A model generated the notes under the pieces. That model had not been told where the DNA came from. It saw only the letters and a list, made by a program, of their open reading frames with translations, and ran no database searches. A program made the translations under genes and the position numbers. DNA of 64,000 nt from a plasmid. Where the stretch lies: the sequence record NZ_AP019754.1. One strand, written 5' to 3'. This document shows, one piece after another, positions 1 to 8,323 of this stretch (positions are counted from its first letter, which is position 1; each line of letters opens with the position of its first letter).

Positions 1-761
1 CTCAGCGCTTGTTTATCACCCGCCTGCATTTTTGCCATCATTTCAAACCACGCACCGGTCAGCGCTTTGCCGAGGGCGGGGTTATCTTTCAGCGTTTGGG
101 TGTTCACGACCATCATGTCGATGAGTTCGCCGGGCACTTGGGTGGAGCTAAACACTTCGGTGGTTTGTGGCGTCTTTTTGATGACGGACAACTGCGGGTT
201 CCAGGCTACCGCTGCCCGCACATTGCTGGTGCCAAAGGCCGAGACGATATCCGCATCGGAGGTATTAACCACTTTCACATCTTTTTCCTGCAGCCCGGCT
301 TTTTCCAGTCCGCGAACCAGGAGATAGTGCGATACCGAGAGTTCGGGCAGATAAACCGACATACCTTTCAGATCGCTGAGTTTTTTATTCATCCCTTTTA
401 GCACGACGCCGTCGTTGCCATCGGAATAGCTGCCGGTGATGAGTGCTGTCGAATCTACCCCACCTGCCGCCGGGATAGTCAGCGCATCCATGTTGGTCAT
501 GGTGCAGCCGTCAAACTGCCCTGCCGTGTACTGGTTGATGGATTCGATGTAGTCGTTGAGTTGAACAATATTGATTTTGATGCCGTATTTGCTGGCCCAT
601 TTATCAATAATTTTTTCATTGCTGATGGTGCCCCAGGGCATCCAGCCCGCATAGATCGTCCAGCAGATGTTGAATTCTTTTTTAACCGTGGCGAAGGAAG
701 AAAAGCTGATCAGCAAGGTGAGTGACAGCAAAAGCGTGCGGATGAACGGCGTTGTTTTCAT
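1..761 (-). CDS. NitT/TauT-family ABC transporter periplasmic substrate-binding protein, N-terminal 253 codons; the gene continues past the window start. Putative guanidine-binding, given the riboswitch upstream.
   Basis: Minus-strand reading frame begins MKTTPFIRTLLLSLTLLISFSSFATVKKEFNICWTIYAGWMPWG, with a signal peptide and NMT1/THI5-like SBP motifs. The ATG is at 759-761 with an AGAGG Shine-Dalgarno 8 nt upstream. The frame is open to position 1, which is why it is missing from the ORF track. Confidence 0.7.
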   Translation of the reverse strand, partial: MKTTPFIRTLLLSLTLLISFSSFATVKKEFNICWTIYAGWMPWGTISNEKIIDKWASKYGIKINIVQLNDYIESINQYTAGQFDGCTMTNMDALTIPAAGGVDSTALITGSYSDGNDGVVLKGMNKKLSDLKGMSVYLPELSVSHYLLVRGLEKAGLQEKDVKVVNTSDADIVSAFGTSNVRAAVAWNPQLSVIKKTPQTTEVFSSTQVPGELIDMMVVNTQTLKDNPALGKALTGAWFEMMAKMQAGDKQAL

Positions 762-781
762 GGTTAACCTCTGGTTGGCAC

Positions 782-908
782 AAAAAAGGAGCAGCGCGAC
801 ACCTGACGGTGCTGCTGTCTCCCGGGCTTTTGTCCCGCCGTGTAACCTCTCAGAGGTCGCCAGCTCTCGGACCAGACATTCACCTGCGTGAACCGGAACC
901 CTAGCCAG
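782..908 (-). ncRNA. Guanidine-I riboswitch (ykkC/yxkD leader class) with an intrinsic-terminator expression platform.
   Basis: The minus strand reads CTAGGGTTCCGG...CTGGTCCGAGAG...ACGGCGGGACAAAAGCCCGGGAGA. This matches the three conserved ykkC aptamer blocks almost perfectly. A GC hairpin (CAGCAGC...GCTGCTC) and a U6 tract follow, about 20 nt before the SBP start codon. Confidence 0.75.
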
Positions 909-1059
909 CTATTTAATTCAGATTATGTGTTGCGCTGCTTACCGATCAGGTTTTTGCAATTGACGTGCCAGAATTAATAACAATAAAAATCAGTGATTTA
1001 GCATTATCCCTGGTGACGAAGCACCAGAATGATGAGTGACCGAGGGGCATTGCACACAA

Positions 1060-1315
1060 TCAGTGCTGACTGGAACACGAAATATGCTGTGCAGTCCTTA
1101 CATCATAAGCATCAGCGCGGTTTTCTGGGCGACGTTGCAGCGGTAGTGTCCATCCTGACGAGGCGTAACGGTATAACGCCTGACGCAATACCGCTGATGG
1201 CGCGAGGTGCTTTAATCCTGTAGATGTCGCGCGGCCAAAGGGGAGCCACTATTACGCGATAGCCATCCTCGTAGCTTAAGGGAACGCACACGCTTTCAAC
1301 GGTGACCATCCGCAC
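1060..1315 (-). pseudogene. Degraded DUF488 (YeaO-like) gene remnant, frameshifted.
   Basis: ORF 1112-1315 carries ...SYEDGYRVIVAPLWPRD, matching the DUF488 N-terminal core (DGYRVLVDRLWPRG). Similarity then jumps to a different minus frame (LAPSAVLRQAL resembles ITPSTELRKAF). The total length is shorter than an intact roughly 115-aa family member. Confidence 0.35.
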
Positions 1316-1497
1316 TTCTCTTGTGTTGACCCTCCATTAGATGCCCGCACGCGGGTATGGCAGTGGCGTGCTACACAGAGACTGGCTTTGCGTTCTGCCG
1401 GTTCTTTAACCCACCATAAACGTCGCGCGTTTTTTGCAGCAGGGTCATCCGGCCTGCACTACAGTTAACTGACTCAGTAACCAGCAAAAACATAACC

Positions 1498-2157
1498 ATG
1501 TCCTCTTCCCTTCGCTCAAATCTGTTTGCCCGGTTGCGCCTGCTGATCTCTGTGGTGGCAGGTCTCGTCTGCTATGTTTTACTGCCTGAGCATCTGGGGC
1601 AAATGCAGAGACTTTTAATCAGTTGGAACGTGCTGGCATGGCTCTATCTGTGGTTTATCTGGTTTCGCATGTTGCGTACCGCGCCAGATGAGATTAAACG
1701 AATCGCCCAGATGCAGGATCAAAGTGCCGCGCTGGTGCTGGGGCTGGTCATCGTGGCCTGTATGATCAGTATGGTGGCCATCATGAGCGAGCTTCCCACG
1801 TTAAAAAGCCTGACGGGCTCGTCGCGGGCCCTGCATCTGCTTTTGACTGCCATGACGCTCATCGCCTCATGGGCCTTACTGCCCAGCGCATTTGCCATGC
1901 ATTATGCCCATCAGCATTACCTGCTTCGCAGCAACAGTATCACGCCGATGATCTTTCCGGAGAAACCGACGCATCCGGGTTACTGGGATTTTCTCTACTT
2001 CTCTTTCACCATCGCGGTGGCATCCCAGACGGCGGATGTGGCGACGGGCACGACAGAAATGCGCAAGATCGCCTTGTTGCAGTCGGTTATCTCTTTTATT
2101 TTTAATCTGGCGATTCTGGGACTGTCCGTGAATGTGGCAGCCAGTTTGTTAAGTTGA
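1498..2157 (+). CDS. DUF1345-family inner membrane protein.
   Basis: 219 aa with multiple predicted transmembrane helices. The N-terminal pattern is typical of DUF1345. No convincing Shine-Dalgarno, so the start is uncertain. Confidence 0.55.
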   Translation: MSSSLRSNLFARLRLLISVVAGLVCYVLLPEHLGQMQRLLISWNVLAWLYLWFIWFRMLRTAPDEIKRIAQMQDQSAALVLGLVIVACMISMVAIMSELPTLKSLTGSSRALHLLLTAMTLIASWALLPSAFAMHYAHQHYLLRSNSITPMIFPEKPTHPGYWDFLYFSFTIAVASQTADVATGTTEMRKIALLQSVISFIFNLAILGLSVNVAASLLS

Positions 2158-2279
2158 GAGTCTGCCTGCGACGATAGCCAGCAGAGAAGCATATTGACTG
2201 TTACTGGAATTTACCGCTTAAAGCCTGTGCGACGGGAAGCTGCACCCTCTTTGAGAGGGTGCAGAGACAGCGAGAAAAA

Positions 2280-2513
2280 TTAACCGCCCTGCTGCTGTTG
2301 CCCTTGCTGTTGACTGGCCGCTTCTTTCTGTTTCTTTTTGGCCATATGATGTCCAACAGCGCAGCCTGCTGCGGCCCCAGCGACACCGTGATGTTTAACA
2401 TGCCCTGCCACGCCGCCCACGGCCGCGCCCTTTAGACAGCCTTTGGCTTCAGCTTGTGAACTCATCGCCATGAGCAGACCCGCGGTAACAAGAACAACTG
2501 ACAATTTTTTCAT
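2280..2513 (-). CDS. Small secreted glycine-zipper protein (YmgG-like).
   Basis: Signal peptide MKKLSVVLVTAGLLMAMSSQAEA, then a glycine-zipper stretch LKGAAVGGVAGHVKHHGVAGAAAGCAVG. GGAG Shine-Dalgarno upstream of the ATG at 2513. The ORF-track start at 2546 is an N-terminal extension. Confidence 0.6.
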   Translation of the reverse strand: MKKLSVVLVTAGLLMAMSSQAEAKGCLKGAAVGGVAGHVKHHGVAGAAAGCAVGHHMAKKKQKEAASQQQGQQQQGG

Positions 2514-2850
2514 CGAATGACTCCCTGATAAATAGCGAATACGCATTAATGTCTACTGAGCATAGTTAATCAGGTCGCTTCTGCTGGCCGAAGTCAGTAA
2601 ATCTTGAAACCGTTTACCCGCCGTTAAGCGTTTAACGTTCCGGGAGTGATAGCGATATCATAACAGGCGCTTTTTAGCACAATATTCAGTCCTTAACGCT
2701 TATCGATAACGACGGGAAGGAGATGTAAGAGAATATAAAAAACCGCACCTTACTCAGTAAGACGTCCAGCTTTTGAGGTGCAGTTCATTGAGGGGGTTGA
2801 GCATAATTAAAAGGCTAAACAATCAGTTCAGGATGTAAAACCGAGCAGGT

Positions 2851-3114
2851 TCAGGACATATCATCCTGAGTTTCATCGTGTGGGCAAGGTTCGCCGGTGT
2901 CATCACAGGCAGGATTAATGCGCAAACCGCCTGAAGGCTTTCGATGAGCAGCAAGTTTGATGTTCCCCGCACTGCCCGCATTGTTATTTTGCAGCGTAGA
3001 AGCTGACTGTTGTTCATGTACAGATACAGCCAGTGCTGCATTCTGAAAGGTAATCAAGGTCGCGATGGTGAACGCCGTTGTTTGCAGTGCCACTTTTACG
3101 GATAACATTTTCAT
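2851..3114 (-). CDS. Small secreted hypothetical protein.
   Basis: Internal start MKMLSVKVALQTTAFTIATLITFQNAALA is signal-peptide-like. Two Cys in the mature part. No recognisable family. Confidence 0.3.
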   Translation of the reverse strand: MKMLSVKVALQTTAFTIATLITFQNAALAVSVHEQQSASTLQNNNAGSAGNIKLAAHRKPSGGLRINPACDDTGEPCPHDETQDDMS

Positions 3115-3647
3115 AACTTGCCCTTTAGAGATTACGCCAGGAAGGACAGAACGGTTAGCCGTTCTGCTCTGTGCTGTATTCAAACTCAGCAGGGTGAAAA
3201 TAGAATCTTTATATTTCCATTTTAAGACGGACCTGATAAATCAGATTAACCCTTGCCAGCCTGATGCAGAGAGCTCCAGGCGTAGGGGAATAATAAAGAT
3301 TAAAATCATTATCTTATTTACCTCATTCTGCTCGTTGATATTGCAACATCCCCCCTTACTTACACATTTTTCAGATCCTGACTGAGCAGAGCATTAACCA
3401 ATGACGAGCGGATGAGTGGTAACTGGCTGCACTTTCTCTCAAACTGTCTAAACCTGGCATCGATAGCACCATACTCAAAAACCTGTGTAGGCTGCGGCCA
3501 GAAATTTCATGCTTTTAGGGCAATGTATTCTGCGCATAACTTTCATGCCGAAGCGTTTAAGACGCGCTTTGTTTTTCTGTTTTTGTATACGCTGACGTAT
3601 CAATTCAGACCACGCTGCATCGTTAACGACTGCTCAGGAAGCATGAA

Positions 3648-4004
3648 ATGAAAGTACAAAAACTTGATCAACCCGCTTCAATCAAGACGCTGGAATCATG
3701 GGGGACCGTTGAGGGCCTTCCGGGATCGCCCGAGATTGCACTGGCCGGGCTGCAGACGGTGATCCCCGGTCATGAGAATACAGATATGGGCATTTTTGAA
3801 TGTACGGCGGGCAGTTATCGTCGCGGCGTTAAGCAAGCAGAGATGATGCATTTCCTGTCAGGAACGGGTTCCTTCACAGCGGATGGCGAAGCACCACAGC
3901 ATTTCAAACCTGGCGATACCTTGTTCTTTGAAGCGAATACAGAAGGGACATGGGTCATGGAGACCACCATGCGCAAGCTTTATGTGATTTTCGACACCCT
4001 GTAA
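3648..4004 (+). CDS. Cupin-domain protein (cupin_3/DUF861-like).
   Basis: 118 aa with a small-barrel cupin pattern (GTWVMETTMRKLYVIF). GGAAG Shine-Dalgarno upstream. Confidence 0.6.
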   Translation: MKVQKLDQPASIKTLESWGTVEGLPGSPEIALAGLQTVIPGHENTDMGIFECTAGSYRRGVKQAEMMHFLSGTGSFTADGEAPQHFKPGDTLFFEANTEGTWVMETTMRKLYVIFDTL

Positions 4005-4039
4005 AAGTTCGATCACTGATTCATCCCACTGAGGATGAA

Positions 4040-4732
4040 TCAGGACAGCATAAAATCGACGGCATCGTTCGCATGAATGCGCGTTGTATCGAATACCGGT
4101 AGCGCGCTTTGTGCTTCTGAAACCAGCAAACCAATTTCCGTGCAGCCAAATATGACTCCTTCTGCACCTTGTGAAGCCAGTTCCTGTATCACCTCAAGAT
4201 AAAACTGGCGGGAGCCTTCCGTAAATTTCCCCATGCAGAGTTCATCAAAAATGATTTGGTTGATGACGTTACGCTGTTCTGCAGGTGGTACCAGGGTAGC
4301 AATTGAGAATTGTTTATTCAGGCGGCCCAGATAGAAGTCCTGCTCCATGGTATAACGCGTGCCCAGCAAGGCTACTCGGGTCATGCCTTTGCTCGTTATC
4401 GCCCTGCCCGTCGCATCCGCGATATGTAAAAAAGGCAAATGACAGCGAGATTCAATCGCCCCGGCAACCTTGTGCATCGTGTTGGTACATAAGACGATTG
4501 CGTCTGCACCGGCACCCGCCAGACCCACGGCCGCCTCAGCCAGTAGTTCACCAGCCCGATCCCAGTCGCCACTGCGCTGGCAGGCTTCAATTTCATGAAA
4601 ATCCACGCTGTGCAGAAGCAGCTTTGCCGAGTGTAAACCGCCTAATTTGCTTCTGATTCCCTCATTGATCAACCGATAGTAAGGAAGCGTTGATTCCCAG
4701 CTCATGCCGCCTATAAGGCCGATTGTTTTCAT
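4040..4732 (-). CDS. Aspartate/glutamate racemase-family protein (YgeA-like broad-specificity amino-acid racemase).
   Basis: [23 protein letters not shown]... and a CTNTMH motif, typical of the Asp/Glu racemase fold. Strong AAGGAG Shine-Dalgarno before the ATG at 4732. Confidence 0.8.
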   Translation of the reverse strand: MKTIGLIGGMSWESTLPYYRLINEGIRSKLGGLHSAKLLLHSVDFHEIEACQRSGDWDRAGELLAEAAVGLAGAGADAIVLCTNTMHKVAGAIESRCHLPFLHIADATGRAITSKGMTRVALLGTRYTMEQDFYLGRLNKQFSIATLVPPAEQRNVINQIIFDELCMGKFTEGSRQFYLEVIQELASQGAEGVIFGCTEIGLLVSEAQSALPVFDTTRIHANDAVDFMLS

Positions 4733-4908
4733 CACTCTCCTTTGAAATACATCACTGCCAAAGCCTGTCGAGGATAATAAAACTGCGCGTTGCCTGAAAG
4801 AATTATGACGGGTTAGCCGCGTGTTTTCAGGCGTTGCGCTAACCCGTTACCGCCGAGTTCTGGCCGCCGCCGGGCAGCGGAAATCCAATGCCCGGCAGGG
4901 ATCTACCA

Positions 4909-6144
4909 TCACGTTTTATTGCCTTTTTCACTCGCCTGCTGTAATGCCGTGATGACGATGCCCGGCGTTAACACCTGAGGCAGGACAACGGGTTTTCCGC
5001 CGTCAGCAGGATAAACCACATACAGCGGCAAACCGCCACGGCCAAAATCACTGAGTGCCTGCTCAACGTCAGGATTGTACTTTGTTGAGTCAGCAATCAT
5101 ATAAATGGTGTTGGTGCGCGCCATAGCCGTCTTTACTGCCTGGGTTGACAGCGAGGTACGTTCATTAACCTGACAGGTAATGCACCAGGAGGCGGTAAAA
5201 TTCACCAGAACCGGTTTACCCTGGCCTTTTATAGCGTCCACATTTTGGGGAGACCATGCCACCGCAGCCGCTGCCACAACATCCGAAGAATCAGGGGCTG
5301 CCGTCGAGGTTTTCAGCGTAAATAACGGTGGTACCAACAGGATAATTACAACAGCTGTGGCGATGTGCAGAGCCCAGTGCCGCCTTCCCATCATCTGCCG
5401 CTTCTGAGCCAAGCCATACAGCCAGGCGGCAAAACCCAGCAGCAGGCAACAGGTCAGTATCGCTGCCAGCGCCGTCGAGCCAGCCTGCCGTTCCAGCACC
5501 CAGATTAACCAACCCGCCGCACCCAGCATCGGAAACGCCAGGCCATGTTTTAGGGTGATCATCCAGGCACCCGGCGACGGCAGTATTCGGGCAACGACAG
5601 GGAAAAAGGAAATCAAGGTGAAAGGCGCAGCAAAGCCCAACGCCAGAGAAAGAAAGATAATAAAGCTGATAACGGGGGGCTGTACAAGCGCATAACCTAT
5701 GGCGCTGGCCATAAAGGGCGCGCTACACGGGGTAGCAACAACAATCGCCAGCGCCCCCGTTAACGCGGACCCGGTCAATCCCCCCCGCTCGCCCCCGACT
5801 TCGCCGGCCCGCTGAAGTGATAATCCCACCTCGAACAGGCCAAACAGATTAAGTGCGGATGCCAGCATCACCAGAACCAGCAACGCAATCACCAGCGGTG
5901 ACTGCAGTTGAAAACCCCAGCCCACTGATGACCCACCGAATCTCGCCAGCAACAGCAGACCAACCAGTAACATCATGGTGACCACTACGCCAGCCAGAAA
6001 AGCGAGCCCTTCTGCACGAGCCTGTGCGGGCCTGGCGTGATGCCGTATCAGACTCAATGCCTTGAGCGAAATGACCGGGAACACACAGGGCATGAGATTA
6101 AGTATGATGCCGCCCAGAAAAGCGGCGGCGATAGCAGTCAACAT
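4909..6144 (-). CDS. DsbD-like thiol:disulfide reductase with only the membrane beta domain and the C-terminal thioredoxin gamma domain; no alpha domain.
   Basis: Starts directly in a transmembrane helix carrying the LMPCVFPV Cys. Second membrane Cys in VATPCSAPF. C-terminal thioredoxin fold with WCITCQ. No signal peptide or Ig-like N-terminal domain. Confidence 0.75.
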   Translation of the reverse strand: MLTAIAAAFLGGIILNLMPCVFPVISLKALSLIRHHARPAQARAEGLAFLAGVVVTMMLLVGLLLLARFGGSSVGWGFQLQSPLVIALLVLVMLASALNLFGLFEVGLSLQRAGEVGGERGGLTGSALTGALAIVVATPCSAPFMASAIGYALVQPPVISFIIFLSLALGFAAPFTLISFFPVVARILPSPGAWMITLKHGLAFPMLGAAGWLIWVLERQAGSTALAAILTCCLLLGFAAWLYGLAQKRQMMGRRHWALHIATAVVIILLVPPLFTLKTSTAAPDSSDVVAAAAVAWSPQNVDAIKGQGKPVLVNFTASWCITCQVNERTSLSTQAVKTAMARTNTIYMIADSTKYNPDVEQALSDFGRGGLPLYVVYPADGGKPVVLPQVLTPGIVITALQQASEKGNKT

Positions 6145-6167
6145 GATTTATCTGTCCAGATCGGGAA

Positions 6168-6731
6168 TTAAGCCGGGTTGGCCTGGCGGTATTTTTTCAC
6201 GGCATCCAGCGTTTTCTGAATGTGTGATTCTGGATTTTTATCCGTATAACTCAGCAGGATTTTGCCATCCGGTGCAATAACATAAGACGTACGATCGGAA
6301 AGCGTTTTACCTTTCATCTCCATCGTACTTTTGTATTCTGCAGCCACTTTTGCGCCCGGATCGGCAGCAACGGTGAATTTATCGCGGCATTCAAGTTTAG
6401 AAAATTTCTTAATCTGGTCAGTATTACCTGCGGTGACGCCGATTACCGTTGCGCCCTCTTTTTTAAAGTCATCTGTCGCTTCTGCAAAGGCATGCGCCTC
6501 TAAGGTACAGCCTGCACTAAACGCCGCCGGGAAAAAATATAGAACGACCGGGCCTTTTTGCAGTGCCTGCTGTAAAGAGAAGGTGGTTTCTTTACCTGCC
6601 AGTGCGGCTTCCAGTTTGAAATCCGGCGCCTTTGCACCCACCGGCAGTGCCGCGAACGCGGAGGTCATTGGAAGGCTCAGTGCCAGTAATGATGCAGCCG
6701 TCAGCATTTTCAGGTGATTCTTGATACGCAT
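6168..6731 (-). CDS. Periplasmic peroxiredoxin (Bcp/PrxQ-type AhpC/TSA family) with a signal peptide.
   Basis: MRIKNHLKMLTAASLLALSLPMTSAFA signal peptide. Peroxidatic Cys motif VVLYFFPAAFSAGCTLE. GGAG Shine-Dalgarno before the ATG at 6731. Sits 23 nt upstream of the DsbD-like gene. Confidence 0.75.
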   Translation of the reverse strand: MRIKNHLKMLTAASLLALSLPMTSAFAALPVGAKAPDFKLEAALAGKETTFSLQQALQKGPVVLYFFPAAFSAGCTLEAHAFAEATDDFKKEGATVIGVTAGNTDQIKKFSKLECRDKFTVAADPGAKVAAEYKSTMEMKGKTLSDRTSYVIAPDGKILLSYTDKNPESHIQKTLDAVKKYRQANPA

Positions 6732-6944
6732 TCTCTTTTCTCCGTCGACAAGCAGGCATAAGTGCCCCTTGCACGTTAATACTAGGTTCATTCACTAAAA
6801 ATGAAAAAGTTTGCGTCATGGAATAACGCGATAGCGTCACCAGAGCGTTAATGCAAACGTGTCTGGCATCTACAGTAAGATAGTCTTACAACCGATCATT
6901 TAGATATGCGGTTAGGCGATAATTTTGTGTCAGACGGTAAATAT

Positions 6945-7481
6945 TCAGGGAACAGAGAGATGCCCTACCTGATAACGCTGAAAATGGCCCGAATCTTGCG
7001 CGGGCGCCGTTGTCCAGAGACAAAAATCTATGTGGCGCCAGTGAAAGGTATCCAGAGCCGATACGCGTGCTAACGCCCCGGCTTGTTTTGGGGGCTGTGT
7101 TAACCCGGCGAGATCGGCGTAAGCAGGAACAGTGCTAACGTCCAGGGAAGCAAAACCGGCTTGAACCATCTCTGGCGACAGCCTGGCCGATAAGACCGGG
7201 TAGGTATGCACCTGCGGCCAGCCAAAATCCTCAGTAAGCTTTTTAAAACCTGCCCCAGACAAAAAACAGTGCATGCTCTCTGCGTCCTGCCAAAGATAAA
7301 AGGGCGCATACACATTTTCATCCGTGTTTGTGGGACCTTTGGCTTTGCACGCATAAAGCCAGGCTTTGAATATGAGACCAGGAAATCCCGCCATCTTATA
7401 TCCGTTGTCATCAATCCGGCGTTGAATAATCGTCATGTCGTAATCGGCGGGAAGAACAAAACGGTATTGCATAGCAAGCAT
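6945..7481 (-). CDS. DUF4865-family protein.
   Basis: MLAMQYRFVLPADYDMTIIQRRI... is the characteristic DUF4865 N-terminus. AAGGAGA Shine-Dalgarno before the ATG at 7481. The ORF-track start at 7532 is an extension. Confidence 0.6.
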   Translation of the reverse strand: MLAMQYRFVLPADYDMTIIQRRIDDNGYKMAGFPGLIFKAWLYACKAKGPTNTDENVYAPFYLWQDAESMHCFLSGAGFKKLTEDFGWPQVHTYPVLSARLSPEMVQAGFASLDVSTVPAYADLAGLTQPPKQAGALARVSALDTFHWRHIDFCLWTTAPAQDSGHFQRYQVGHLSVP

Positions 7482-7491
7482 GGTTTTCTCC

Positions 7492-7899
7492 TTAAAGTTG
7501 GGGAATATCCGCCAGGTCAAACATCTTCCCATGACTAAAAGACCAGTCTTCTGGCTGAGTGAAATGAAGAACGATCATGACATCATGAGGTTTTATACCC
7601 ATCGATTTTTCAAGACGCCGGGTGAGATCCTGATAAAAGGCCTGTTTCTGCTGCGTATTACGCGTTTTACCTGCGGTAATGGTAAACAGAAGAAAGTCAT
7701 TGCTGCGGCCCGCCTCAGCACCACAAAGATAATGCCAATCAAAAATCCGGCTGTGCGCGTCATAACAATCAAAAAACTGAAAGCAGTCTCCGCGCGGTAC
7801 GGAAAATGAAGCTTCAAGCGATTGCTGTAACGCAGCAGAAATTTTCTCTCGCCACTGCTGAAAACGCGCTGTTGAGATGGCTATATGGCTTACAGGCAT
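7492..7899 (-). CDS. Tautomerase-superfamily protein (Tautomerase_2-like, with Pro-1).
   Basis: N-terminal MP... with motifs PRGDCFQFF, RSNDFLLFTIT and DWSFSHG, matching the 4-OT/MIF-like Tautomerase_2 pattern. Confidence 0.6.
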   Translation of the reverse strand: MPVSHIAISTARFQQWREKISAALQQSLEASFSVPRGDCFQFFDCYDAHSRIFDWHYLCGAEAGRSNDFLLFTITAGKTRNTQQKQAFYQDLTRRLEKSMGIKPHDVMIVLHFTQPEDWSFSHGKMFDLADIPQL

Positions 7900-7908
7900 C
7901 GGTATCCC

Positions 7909-8223
7909 TCACTCAGGCTGTGTGTTTTTGAAGACGGTCAACGCGGAAACGGCGTTGGGCCAGCCGCAATAAAAGGCAAGATGCGTTATCACTTCGATAA
8001 TTTCATCGTCTGAAATGCCATTTTGGCGAGCAAATTCCAGATGCCAGCCCAGCTGTTCATTTCGATACAGTGCAACGAGGGCGCTGACCGTAATTAGACT
8101 TCTGTCCCGCGGTGAAAGCCCGTCCCGCTGCCAGATATCGCCAAATAAGACCTCTTCACTGAGACGTGCCAGCTTGGGTGCTATTCCGGCCATATTCTCC
8201 CGACTCACCTTTATCGTGTTCAT
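7909..8223 (-). CDS. Carboxymuconolactone decarboxylase-family (AhpD-like) protein.
   Basis: 104 aa. SPRDRSLITVSALVALYRNEQL...HLAFYCGWPNAVSA is the CMD-family signature. Confidence 0.75.
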   Translation of the reverse strand: MNTIKVSRENMAGIAPKLARLSEEVLFGDIWQRDGLSPRDRSLITVSALVALYRNEQLGWHLEFARQNGISDDEIIEVITHLAFYCGWPNAVSALTVFKNTQPE

Positions 8224-8323
8224 TTTTGTTTCTCCTTGAGGATGTGGTAGAAAGATAGGATGCTTTGACGATCTATAAAATCAGAAATATTGGGACCCTG
8301 AATCCCATAAAACGGGATGAAAA

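Noticed and set aside
780-910. I first thought of a TPP riboswitch because the downstream SBP is THI5/NMT1-like and the RNA contains CUGAGAGG.
   Set aside because: The hallmark TPP blocks (ACCUGAUCUGGAUAAUGCCAGCGUAGGGA) are absent. The conserved strings instead fit the ykkC/guanidine-I consensus.
1029-1223. Plus-strand 64-aa ORF.
   Set aside because: No Shine-Dalgarno and no recognisable fold. It overlaps the DUF488 remnant on the opposite strand, so it is probably an ORF shadow.
3412-3651. 79-aa ORF in the intergenic region before the cupin gene.
   Set aside because: Cys- and Phe-rich low-complexity translation. No Shine-Dalgarno. It overlaps the cupin start, so it is probably non-coding.
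4016-4043. 10-bp inverted repeat (CTGATTCATCC...GGATGAATCAG) between the cupin and racemase genes.
   Set aside because: It overlaps the racemase stop codon and has no clear U-tract on either strand. Could be a weak bidirectional terminator, but the evidence is insufficient.
4780-4830. Hairpin GGGTTAGCGC-N15-GCGCTAACCC between the racemase and the DsbD-like gene.
   Set aside because: Plausibly a terminator for the prx-dsbD operon or a REP-like element. No T-tract and no second copy in the window to support repeat status.
8224-8323. LysR T-N11-A box search in the CMD/LysR divergent region (ATCTATAAAATCAGAAAT).
   Set aside because: Only a partial dyad. Cannot be distinguished from chance in AT-rich DNA without comparative data.
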